The position numbers were made by a program, and so were the translations under genes. A DNA stretch of 20,000 nucleotides from an uncultured virus (IMG/VR IMGVR_UViG_3300020716_000002) (taxonomy: Duplodnaviria; Heunggongvirae; Uroviricota; Caudoviricetes): the IMG/VR virus record IMGVR_UViG_3300020716_000002; one strand, written 5' to 3'. Shown in pieces: positions 1 to 7,479 of the stretch (position 1 is its first letter; each line of letters opens with the position of its first letter). Below the pieces are notes generated by a model, which was not told the origin of the DNA, did not search any database, and saw only the letters and a list, made by a program, of their open reading frames with translations.

Positions 1-99
1 AGGTTGAGGCAGTGTAAACGCAGTCGTACTCGCATTACCGCTGAAGTATGCTACTTGCGGTGCATAGGCTTGGTTCTGAACAGTATTGCCAATGTACAT
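1..99 (-). CDS. 5' part of a putative tail/virion structural protein (runs off the left edge)
   Basis: ATG at 99 just after the stop of the 108-aa ORF; open to the edge: MYIGNTVQNQAYAPQVAYFSGNASTTAFTLPQP. The 'YIGN...FSGN.STTAFTL' start is typical of phage tail-associated proteins. Not in the ORF track. Confidence 0.75.
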   Translation of the reverse strand, partial: MYIGNTVQNQAYAPQVAYFSGNASTTAFTLPQP

Positions 100-100
100 A

Positions 101-427
101 TTAGGTTATCTGTAAAACGGATAAAACAACATCCATAGAACTTGCAGTTCCAGAGACAACGGTGAAAGCATCGCCAGTATTGAGAACCACCTTACCATCC
201 CCACCAAATAACGCAAGTGAACCGCCCACTGGGATAGTCGCACTATTAACTAGATAGTAGTTAACTGCGGATGCAGTAATGTAAACACTTGCCGTAATCG
301 GGCTAGATGTTGTATTAGCCAGTGTCAGTCCAATCGCTGTGGTCTGCGTCGCAGATGCGGCAGTAACCAGAACTACGGGAGTAGTACCTACTGATTTTGA
401 GACGTACCGTGTAAATGTATTTGCCAT
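101..427 (-). CDS. Small beta-rich virion structural protein (108 aa, 'MANTF...' type)
   Basis: Thr/Ser/Val/Gly-rich; follows a gene ending 'AIAMAIALG', a pairing I recognise from tail regions of aquatic podoviruses. Confidence 0.7.
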   Translation of the reverse strand: MANTFTRYVSKSVGTTPVVLVTAASATQTTAIGLTLANTTSSPITASVYITASAVNYYLVNSATIPVGGSLALFGGDGKVVLNTGDAFTVVSGTASSMDVVLSVLQIT

Positions 428-430
428 GTT

Positions 431-1288
431 TTATCCTAATGCAATTGCCATTGCGATTGCCGTTCCCGCAGGATCGACTTGAAGATTTGTTTGTGCGCCA
501 GAAATTGTCGTTGCCCCTGTACCACCGTATAAAACCGGAACCGCAACCCCGTTCCAGTTTGCGTTAGTAATTGTTTGATTGCCCATACTAAGACCAGTAG
601 TACCCCAAGTCACAGCACCGCTTGGCCCCGCACCCGGTACAAATTGATACCCAGACCAACTACCTGCAACCGATCCATTGTTCTCGCAGAAAATAAATCC
701 TGCCATTCCAGGAACAATTATTATGATTGGAGTTAAAGATCCATCTTGTAGAGTTACATTACCTGTAGAGTCATTATCAATAATGTAACCCTGACCAAGT
801 GCTACAGTATTAGCCGCAGGTAAAACTACGGTTTGTGTTGTAGAACCTACAAATCTTTGATAATAACTACTGGCAACAGTAAGTGTTGTTGTTCCTGCGG
901 CAGTTGTTGTACTTGTCCAACCTGGCGTAAAACTATTCCCAGATATATTTCCGTTTACATCTTGAATAACAGCTTTTTCAGATGGATAGGTACAGAATAT
1001 AGTTAGCGTGTTAGATGTGCTAAAACTAATTAAAGATGTAGTACCAGAACTGTTAGACAGAACCGTAGTGCGGGATAAAGTATTAGGAGAACCTGCGGTA
1101 ACCGTACCATACCCAACTTCCCAGGCATAAGCTGTTGGGTCGTAAATTGCATAGTATGTAGAATTGGTAGTACCAATCCCAGACACAAAAGTCTTGTACC
1201 CGTTTACAGCACCAGATAGGTTTACAGAACCCGTACCCGTAGCTACAGTTCCATTTTCCTGAACTCTGTCTGCAACAACAAACGCCAT
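431..1288 (-). CDS. Putative tail fibre / tail-associated protein (285 aa)
   Basis: Recognisable N-terminal block (ADRVQE...WEVG.GT...LSRTTVLSNSSG...FCTYPSEKAV), a 'GGTGATT..GA.TNL' fibre-like motif and a C-terminal AIAMAIALG; T/S/G-rich. Confidence 0.7.
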   Translation of the reverse strand: MAFVVADRVQENGTVATGTGSVNLSGAVNGYKTFVSGIGTTNSTYYAIYDPTAYAWEVGYGTVTAGSPNTLSRTTVLSNSSGTTSLISFSTSNTLTIFCTYPSEKAVIQDVNGNISGNSFTPGWTSTTTAAGTTTLTVASSYYQRFVGSTTQTVVLPAANTVALGQGYIIDNDSTGNVTLQDGSLTPIIIIVPGMAGFIFCENNGSVAGSWSGYQFVPGAGPSGAVTWGTTGLSMGNQTITNANWNGVAVPVLYGGTGATTISGAQTNLQVDPAGTAIAMAIALG

Positions 1289-1298
1289 TTAAGACCCC

Positions 1299-1835
1299 TT
1301 AAGATGTAGCAGAAGTGCTATACGTTACCGATACAGTGTCCCCTGCCGTTGTAGTCTTGGCTACGCTGAAGTTACTCTCTGAATACAAAGTACCCGCAGT
1401 TGAGTTTTGTGTGTTAACTGCGCCAGTCCCGGTTACCAAAAAGCATCCATAAACTGTTCCGCCGCTACCCGTTATTGTATAAGTGATTGCTGAGGCGGTA
1501 ATGGATGTTACGTTAGATGGTGTAGAACCGGTAGAAGAAGGAGAACCAAACACCGCCGTCCCGCGAACTGCTGATCCGCCAACTGTATAAGCTGTGAATT
1601 CTTTTGACGGAACAATGGTGCTCATCGTATCTGTTGCGGCAGGAGTAATTGTTGCATTCAACAACCCAAGGTAAGGTCCTACTACCGTATAAGATGAACC
1701 AGAAAGAAAACTAGAAAACATCAACTGTTTCCCCGCCTGGACAACTAGGTTAGGTGTTTTTTCTTCCCATTTAAAATTGCCATCCTTGTCATGACAAATG
1801 ACATGAAACCAACCTTGTATTCCCATGTTTGACAT
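1299..1835 (-). CDS. Putative tail structural protein (178 aa)
   Basis: 'C.DKDGN.KW....NLVV..GK' start and 'GDTVSVTYS' end, beta-rich; lies in the tail gene block. Confidence 0.65.
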   Translation of the reverse strand: MSNMGIQGWFHVICHDKDGNFKWEEKTPNLVVQAGKQLMFSSFLSGSSYTVVGPYLGLLNATITPAATDTMSTIVPSKEFTAYTVGGSAVRGTAVFGSPSSTGSTPSNVTSITASAITYTITGSGGTVYGCFLVTGTGAVNTQNSTAGTLYSESNFSVAKTTTAGDTVSVTYSTSATS

Positions 1836-1837
1836 GA

Positions 1838-2275
1838 TTACCCCAATCTTAAAATTGCAGACGTACTAGATGCAATCGGGAATTGCACCGTAAAAGAAGA
1901 AATAGATTGTTTTGTAGACCCAAAATCAAGCACAAAAACAGATGGATTAGTTGTGCCGTTATTAAGATATACCAAACACCCCCTTACAGATAATGATCCA
2001 TACCATGTGGCATTTGCAAATGATAAGTAAATCGTATCATTAGAAGTATCTATTGTAGGTACTTGGCTAATAGTTAAAGCTTGACCTCCAGCCGTATAAC
2101 CCGTTCCAGTTACTTCTCCCGCAGAAGTGTATGCGGTTGTATATTGATTTAATGTAGCCGAATTGTTATAAAGGGCTATGTTATATGTCTGAGTCGTGCC
2201 TGATCCAAAGTTAAATACTCCGTCGAGTAAACCTTGTTTAAATGAATCGCATGTCCAATTTCCTGTAAATGCCAT
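1838..2275 (-). CDS. Putative tail structural protein (145 aa)
   Basis: 'SFK..LL.G...F....IALY...ATL...TTAYT..GEV.GTGYTAGG..L' pattern common in phage tail modules; start overlaps the upstream stop at 2275. Confidence 0.7.
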   Translation of the reverse strand: MAFTGNWTCDSFKQGLLDGVFNFGSGTTQTYNIALYNNSATLNQYTTAYTSAGEVTGTGYTAGGQALTISQVPTIDTSNDTIYLSFANATWYGSLSVRGCLVYLNNGTTNPSVFVLDFGSTKQSISSFTVQFPIASSTSAILRLG

Positions 2276-3252
2276 TAGGTCACCGCCTGTCTGTATTGAC
2301 CAGACCTGTATGCATCTTGTCTCTCTAGTGCATCACCAAGGCGTTTAGCTTCACCGACGGCTTCTTTATATTTTATTTCATATAAAGCCACAATATCAGG
2401 TTCACCTTTCATAAAGGTGTAAGCTTCAACTAAACAACCGTAAAGAAGTACATTATCATAGTTATCACCTAACCATGTTGTACCTGTTGCATTAGATACG
2501 CTAGATACAGTACAAGTAAAATTTGTACCACTAGAACCAATTGTTGTAGGAGCAGATAGTACGTCTCCTATAGAATATAAGGCCCCACCACTTGTTGGCG
2601 TAATAGAAGTAACAACTCCACCAGAAGAAACTACTATAGTAGCAATAGCGGAATTACCATTACCTCCATTTAATGTAACGTCGTAATATGTCCCAGCTGT
2701 ATAGCCTGTACCACCTGTTGCAATAGTAAGCCCTGCTACAGCGCCCTGGATAATTGTGGGCGGGTAATAATAGTAATGCAATTCAACTGAATAAGACTGA
2801 TCAGGGGTTGGGCCAAGCATAAAACTTAACTCAGCTGTATTGCTATATTGGGGGCCAAAAAGTGCGTAATATGTAGGGAGTGCATTGTAAGCAGATCCTA
2901 CTGTTGGATAAGCCTGCCTAATAAAATTAACGTCTTTATTAAGCAAATATGTATATGTGCCGCCTGTAATAACACCATTAGCAAATGTAGCGTTTTGAAT
3001 AACAGCTAATGAATAGACAGATAAAAAATCATTAGGACAAGATAAGTATGCATTACCTGATGTAGTTGTACCGTAAGAGTTAGCGCGAAGGCTAGGAAAC
3101 TGAATCGTGTTGTAAATGCGTTGCTCAGCCTGCTCGATGAAACGATTAATCTGAGTTGTGCTTGACTCAGTCGTACCATCGGCAAGATAAACTGGAGGGA
3201 ACTGGTTTTCCGTATATCCCTGTATTGCAGTTACAAGTTCAGTATAGGTCAC
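2275..3252 (-). CDS. Putative head-tail adaptor / tail tubular protein with an inserted beta-domain (325 aa)
   Basis: 'MTYTEL..AIQ.YTEN...I..FIEQAEQRIYN', 'GPTPDQSY.VELHY.YYP' and 'LLYG.LVEAY.FMKGE' are adaptor-like; a G/T/S-rich segment sits at about 2491-2742. Confidence 0.7.
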   Translation of the reverse strand: MTYTELVTAIQGYTENQFPPVYLADGTTESSTTQINRFIEQAEQRIYNTIQFPSLRANSYGTTTSGNAYLSCPNDFLSVYSLAVIQNATFANGVITGGTYTYLLNKDVNFIRQAYPTVGSAYNALPTYYALFGPQYSNTAELSFMLGPTPDQSYSVELHYYYYPPTIIQGAVAGLTIATGGTGYTAGTYYDVTLNGGNGNSAIATIVVSSGGVVTSITPTSGGALYSIGDVLSAPTTIGSSGTNFTCTVSSVSNATGTTWLGDNYDNVLLYGCLVEAYTFMKGEPDIVALYEIKYKEAVGEAKRLGDALERQDAYRSGQYRQAVT

Positions 3253-3566
3253 GCCATTGGTCCCCTAGACATCACACCACGTTCAGCTGCACCTGTACCA
3301 CGAATTTTAATACCTTCAGTCTCAATCTTATCATCGTGCCCAATAGATACGCCACCATTAAGTGGTGTCCAATTTTTACGTGTAGGCATTTCAGCAGCCA
3401 TGCCAATCATTGGGTTCTCAGGATTTTTCTCAATAGCATTAGCACCAAATTTTTTACCTGTCATGGTATGTGGCGGTGCATATTCTGCAGCTGGGCCGTC
3501 GGTCTTGTTCCTGCTGATTTTTACAGAAGGGCTATCTTTTTTGGTTGCAGGTACATTTTTAGCCAT
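3249..3566 (-). CDS. Small basic hypothetical protein (105 aa)
   Basis: Coupled to both neighbours by overlapping start/stop; ends GIKIRGTGAAERGVMSRGPMA. Confidence 0.75.
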   Translation of the reverse strand: MAKNVPATKKDSPSVKISRNKTDGPAAEYAPPHTMTGKKFGANAIEKNPENPMIGMAAEMPTRKNWTPLNGGVSIGHDDKIETEGIKIRGTGAAERGVMSRGPMA

Positions 3567-3796
3567 TATTTTTTACCCCCTTGATTAGCAACTTTAGCTA
3601 GATTACGACCCATAGTTTGCATATTGCCACCATTGGTTAAACCGCCTTTAGCCATTTTCTTCATGGGCATACCACCTTTTTTAAGAGTGATTTTAGTATG
3701 CTTACCAGGATGCTCTTGAGCATCGTGTTCTTTAAAAGCTTTTTTAATCATGGCTTTATCTTGAGCCAAATCACTATCCATCTCTTTTTTTGCCAT
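3566..3796 (-). CDS. Small Lys-rich hypothetical protein with xxKGG motifs (76 aa)
   Basis: Strong SD (TAAGGAG) upstream; contains LKKGG and MAKGG. Confidence 0.8.
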   Translation of the reverse strand: MAKKEMDSDLAQDKAMIKKAFKEHDAQEHPGKHTKITLKKGGMPMKKMAKGGLTNGGNMQTMGRNLAKVANQGGKK

Positions 3797-3805
3797 GATA
3801 ACTCC

Positions 3806-4234
3806 TTATGTTGTGGCAATTGTAACCGTACCTAATGTAATCTTCAATGCTAAATTATTGGGTGTTAGCCCGGCATCATTACTTCTAGAACCCCCAACAG
3901 GATTCCAGCCCCATTGAATAATTCTACTACCAGCTTCTGGAAACCCAACTCCTGTATCTGCAGTTGATCCGCTGTTCGAAGTTTGCAATCCGCTATTTCC
4001 TGATACTTGATAGCTATTATCCCGTCTAGGTTCTCTGACTGCTTGTGGGTCATTGACTGGATACATACCAAGTTGCAACTGGGGATGATCTGGGTCCCAG
4101 CAAGACTGGCAAACTTTAATAGAATAAAGCTTGGTTTTAATGACTTCTTTTTTAAGTTCTTTTAGTTTGTAGCGTTGACCACATCTGTCGCATTCGGCAA
4201 TCGCATATTTACCAGAAGCATATTTGGTAGGCAT
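3806..4234 (-). CDS. Conserved phage protein with putative Zn-ribbon (142 aa)
   Basis: CDRC...CQSC (two CxxC) followed by WDPDHPQ; GAGG SD upstream. Confidence 0.75.
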   Translation of the reverse strand: MPTKYASGKYAIAECDRCGQRYKLKELKKEVIKTKLYSIKVCQSCWDPDHPQLQLGMYPVNDPQAVREPRRDNSYQVSGNSGLQTSNSGSTADTGVGFPEAGSRIIQWGWNPVGGSRSNDAGLTPNNLALKITLGTVTIATT

Positions 4235-4243
4235 TTAAGCACC

Positions 4244-5167
4244 TCAATAAAATAGCTGCCGTGGCACATAACGATCTGCGGCTTTATCTCGGTCTTCTTG
4301 AGACGCAAGTAGCCATTGCTGTTCGTAATCTGCTTTAAGAAACGCAACCCGTTCTGGAGGTATTTCAGGCTTCTTAATGGCAATATAGTATGCTAGTCCA
4401 GCAACCAAACAAGGGATAAGCCTAAATGGAATATCTTCTATGTTTACACCTGTGCCCGCATCTTGTAGTCTGCGAAGACGCCAATAGACAAATGTATAGT
4501 TTCCTCCAGCATCAGGGGTAGGCCAAACATTAATACATGGAAGATTTTGTTGTATTACTGCGGCTCCAGAATTATGTAAAGCTGCGGTTGTGCCGTTTTG
4601 CCCTCTCCAGCAATTGGTAAGTACATTCCCTATAACATTGGTATAACTGATAATTTCATTGTCTATCTGTATAAACCCTGTAGTGGCTAACCCTACTACG
4701 CTGCTGAGTGTAATAGAAGTATCTGTAGCCAGAACTGTACTAGCAACTGTTATGCTGGTTGTGTTTGTCTGCGCTGTTTGGCGGTTGATCCATACTTGGA
4801 TCGGTCTACCATTTGCAAGTTTATTTGGGATTGTCGAGTAGGTAGATTCAGATATCCTCGTGATGTTGATATCAGTTTGTGTACTCGCAGTTCCATTATT
4901 TTGTCTGACGACATGGTCTAGTAAATCAATCGTATCTGATGGGAGTGGGTAAATAGCTTGATTAGAATTTAAAGCAATTGCGCCCTCTTGGATAGTCCAA
5001 AGGTTAATACCGCGATTAGCCCACTCAATAGTTAATAAATTTAGAGAACGAGTTCCTGTACGAAACTCATATCCCGTGCGAATTTCAAGCCCGGCGCGTT
5101 CATACGCCTCCTCCATTATTTCAACTAATGCGGGAGTGAATGAGGCGGAGCCGGACGTATATGCCAT
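4244..5167 (-). CDS. Putative head-tail connector / tail tubular protein with an inserted beta-domain (307 aa)
   Basis: 'EEAYERAG...RSLNLL..EWANRGINLWT', 'VWPTPD' and 'PFR..PCLVAGLAYYIA.K' are connector-like; a 'TTGFIQIDNEII.Y...RGQNGTTAA.H..GA.V' segment sits at about 4555-4765. Confidence 0.7.
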   Translation of the reverse strand: MAYTSGSASFTPALVEIMEEAYERAGLEIRTGYEFRTGTRSLNLLTIEWANRGINLWTIQEGAIALNSNQAIYPLPSDTIDLLDHVVRQNNGTASTQTDINITRISESTYSTIPNKLANGRPIQVWINRQTAQTNTTSITVASTVLATDTSITLSSVVGLATTGFIQIDNEIISYTNVIGNVLTNCWRGQNGTTAALHNSGAAVIQQNLPCINVWPTPDAGGNYTFVYWRLRRLQDAGTGVNIEDIPFRLIPCLVAGLAYYIAIKKPEIPPERVAFLKADYEQQWLLASQEDRDKAADRYVPRQLFY

Positions 5168-5412
5168 TATGCTTTATCAGGTGTAACAACTACTTCAGGT
5201 TCGGCATGATCTGGTTCTTCTGTGTGTTGCACGGGTTCAGCAACCACTTCAGGTTCAGGCACAACAGAATTAACATGGGCATCAAACAAATCATGTAATT
5301 TTTGGGTTGCATCAAGTGTAGTCCCATACATGTTCTGTTCGACTTGCATCATATGCTTAATAATTCTTAGTAGATGACCTGCGTTTTCTTCTACATGATC
5401 TAGTAGACTCAT
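5167..5412 (-). CDS. Small acidic hypothetical protein (81 aa)
   Basis: Overlaps both neighbours at start/stop; helical N-terminus and Pro/Glu/Val tail with EPEVV twice. Confidence 0.65.
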   Translation of the reverse strand: MSLLDHVEENAGHLLRIIKHMMQVEQNMYGTTLDATQKLHDLFDAHVNSVVPEPEVVAEPVQHTEEPDHAEPEVVVTPDKA

Positions 5413-5663
5413 TTTTTCTTCCTTGTTTTAGCTGATTGGATAAAATCTTCTTTACTAGGAGCGCCTTTACTCCCGACTTTTCTCATGTGCTCACCCGACC
5501 CAGCCGCTATCCTTTTTTGCTTCGCATGGATATTGGCATAAAGACCGGGAAGCCCGCCTTTTTTATACATCTCGACATCATTCGGATCGTCCTTACGAAC
5601 GATCTTCTTTTTGCCTGGCATTTTAGATGGGTTCATTGCACCCATCCCACGACTAGACATCAT
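5409..5663 (-). CDS. Small basic hypothetical protein (about 84 aa; start revised from 5693)
   Basis: ATGATG at 5663/5660 overlaps the upstream TGA, so MMSSRGMG is the likelier start; contains YKKGG and a 'GLYANIHAK.KRIAAGSGE.MRK.GSKGAP' block seen in aquatic phages. Confidence 0.75.
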   Translation of the reverse strand: MMSSRGMGAMNPSKMPGKKKIVRKDDPNDVEMYKKGGLPGLYANIHAKQKRIAAGSGEHMRKVGSKGAPSKEDFIQSAKTRKKK

Positions 5664-5863
5664 TTCTTGCCGTAAGCCATTCCACCGCCACACATAGACT
5701 TAACATGCTCATGGAACTTTTTATGTCCAGCAGCGTGTTCGCCGTATGTTTTGTGATGATGACTATGGTCACCTTCTTCCAAATTTTCCATCATATGCAC
5801 ATTGTGTGTATGTGGTGGGCTTGACTCTTTCATGAGTGGGGGATGATCCATACCTTGCTTCAT
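5660..5863 (-). CDS. His/Met-rich small protein (67 aa)
   Basis: TAAGGAG SD; 12 His and 7 Met in 67 aa; ends MCGGGMAYGKK. Confidence 0.75.
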   Translation of the reverse strand: MKQGMDHPPLMKESSPPHTHNVHMMENLEEGDHSHHHKTYGEHAAGHKKFHEHVKSMCGGGMAYGKK

Positions 5864-5872
5864 AATAACTCC

Positions 5873-6463
5873 TTAACAAAATCTACCTTTAGTTTTACCG
5901 CGTTGGGCTATTCCGTCTCCACGACCGGATACAGAACCACCTGACTTATATTTTGACCCTAACATTTCACGGAACTTCTTGCCTGATGAAAATGCCTCAG
6001 CAAGTTTAGAACGATTAGCTGCTCGTTCTGATTCTCCATCATCAGTTTTTGATTTGACTTTACCAGATATATCGCGATAAGTACCTGATGATTTAGGTGC
6101 TGCCTCAGTCTTAGTCTCAGCTTTAGTTTCAGCTTTGGAGGCTGGAGCTTCTGCTTTAGGCGCAGGCTTAGACTCTGCTTTAGGAGCTGGAGCTTCTGCT
6201 TTAGGCGCAGGCTTACTAGAAGCACTTCCGTCTCTACGCTTTAAATTTTGCTGAGCATTTAAATAATCACGAAGATTATCATAAGGAGAAGCGGCTAATT
6301 GTTCTTTAGTAACAATAGCACGTTTAGGAGCTGCGGCTTTAGCAGAAGGTGTAGGCGTTTCAGATGTTTGATCATCTTTATAGTCACTTTCGCTTCCGCT
6401 TCCGGCTTCATAGAAATTACCGTCTACTTCATCGCCTTCGGCATAACGTTTGGTTTTTTTCAT
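5873..6463 (-). CDS. Low-complexity hypothetical protein with Pro/Ala/Lys repeats (196 aa)
   Basis: TAAGGA SD; acidic N-terminus, KPAPKAEAPA and AETK repeats, C-terminal YKSGG...RGDGIAQRGKTKGRFC. Confidence 0.8.
   Translation of the reverse strand: MKKTKRYAEGDEVDGNFYEAGSGSESDYKDDQTSETPTPSAKAAAPKRAIVTKEQLAASPYDNLRDYLNAQQNLKRRDGSASSKPAPKAEAPAPKAESKPAPKAEAPASKAETKAETKTEAAPKSSGTYRDISGKVKSKTDDGESERAANRSKLAEAFSSGKKFREMLGSKYKSGGSVSGRGDGIAQRGKTKGRFC
6141..6215. repeat. Exact 30-bp direct repeat with a 45-bp period (encodes KPAPKAEAP)
   Basis: gctggagcttctgctttaggcgcaggctta at 6141-6170 and 6186-6215. Confidence 0.95.
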
Positions 6464-6472
6464 GTCTATTCC

Positions 6473-7051
6473 TTACATGTATCTGCCTTTGGTCATGCCC
6501 TTTTGTTGGATGGCATGTTGACCAAAACCTTTGTTACCTTTTTTAAGACCTTCTGAACCTTGGGTTTCACCAATGATTGTTCCGCCTGCAGCATATCTTT
6601 TAGCCGCACCACCTTTTTTCATTCCAGTGGTAGAACCTTTCATTTTTTCTTCGATGTCTTTGGTGTGTCCACGTTTTTGAATGCCGTGCTCACCAAATTT
6701 TTTATCCTTATTAGAGCCTTTTTCTACGTCCTCTTTCATGGTACGTGGGCCCATTGATTCAGCTTTACCACCAGAAGCCATCTTTTTGGTTGCCCCGCCT
6801 TTTTTCATGCCACCCATTGCTGGAGCAGCTGGAGCTTGTTGAGCCATTTGAGCTTTTTTCATAGCCATCATAGCTGCTAATTTTCTTGGATCTGTTGCCA
6901 TAGTATCACCACCCTTTGAGAATTTTTTGCCTTTATCGGCGTTGCTAAAGTCTTTTCCCACAGATTGCGGGATACCTACCTTTTTGGCGAACGATGGATT
7001 GTGAGCCACCGCCTCCATAAGATTATGTTGTTTTTTACTTGTGCTCGGCAT
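6473..7051 (-). CDS. Lys/Met/Gly-rich hypothetical protein with an internal duplication (192 aa)
   Basis: Five [MYF]xxGG motifs; duplicated GMKKGG...FG.H.IQ..G.TK unit. Confidence 0.8.
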   Translation of the reverse strand: MPSTSKKQHNLMEAVAHNPSFAKKVGIPQSVGKDFSNADKGKKFSKGGDTMATDPRKLAAMMAMKKAQMAQQAPAAPAMGGMKKGGATKKMASGGKAESMGPRTMKEDVEKGSNKDKKFGEHGIQKRGHTKDIEEKMKGSTTGMKKGGAAKRYAAGGTIIGETQGSEGLKKGNKGFGQHAIQQKGMTKGRYM

Positions 7052-7232
7052 CTTTTTTCTTACGAATTAGTTCATAAAAGCTTTTGCCTGTCACCATCTC
7101 GGCTATACGCATTAACCCTAGTACAGCACCAACTAAACCAAAAATAGGTGAAAACATATTTAGAAACGCGCCAATAGCAGTAAATACCGATATAGTGTCT
7201 ACAGTATTTCTAATAGTATCATGAGTATCCAT
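7035..7232 (-). CDS. Small membrane protein, holin-like (65 aa)
   Basis: Hydrophobic stretch ISVFTAIGAFLNMFSPIFGLVGAVLGLM followed by a basic C-terminus (RKKK). Holin function is an inference only. Confidence 0.5.
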   Translation of the reverse strand: MDTHDTIRNTVDTISVFTAIGAFLNMFSPIFGLVGAVLGLMRIAEMVTGKSFYELIRKKKDAEHK

Positions 7233-7478
7233 TTAACACTTCCAAGCTTTAAGTGATTTGTTGATACGACTGTTTGGGTCTTTTGCCGTTTTCTCTGAAG
7301 TAAGCTTTTTCTTCATCCCAGTCATCCTGGCGCAAAAGGAATCTTTTCTCGATCCGCCTTCTGGTTGCGGCGGTTTCAAGTTGTGCCCTTCTTTCTTCGC
7401 GGAGGCTCGCCCCTTGGCGTTCAGACCACCATTCGGATTTTTGCCTTCTTTTCTCTGCCATGCTGGACTCTTTGCCAT
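7233..7478 (-). CDS. Conserved basic phage protein (81 aa; DUF6321-like from recall; start revised from 7502)
   Basis: ATG at 7478 right after the upstream stop; MAKSPAWQRKEGKNP.GGLN.KGRAS...SFCARM.GM...DPNSRINKSL..W.C is a widespread phage family. Confidence 0.75.
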   Translation of the reverse strand: MAKSPAWQRKEGKNPNGGLNAKGRASAKKEGHNLKPPQPEGGSRKDSFCARMTGMKKKLTSEKTAKDPNSRINKSLKAWKC

Positions 7479-7479
7479 A

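Noticed and set aside
6107..6215. Repeat-spacer-repeat as a possible mini-CRISPR array
   Set aside because: Only two copies with a 15-bp gap, in frame within a coding linker, and no cas genes.
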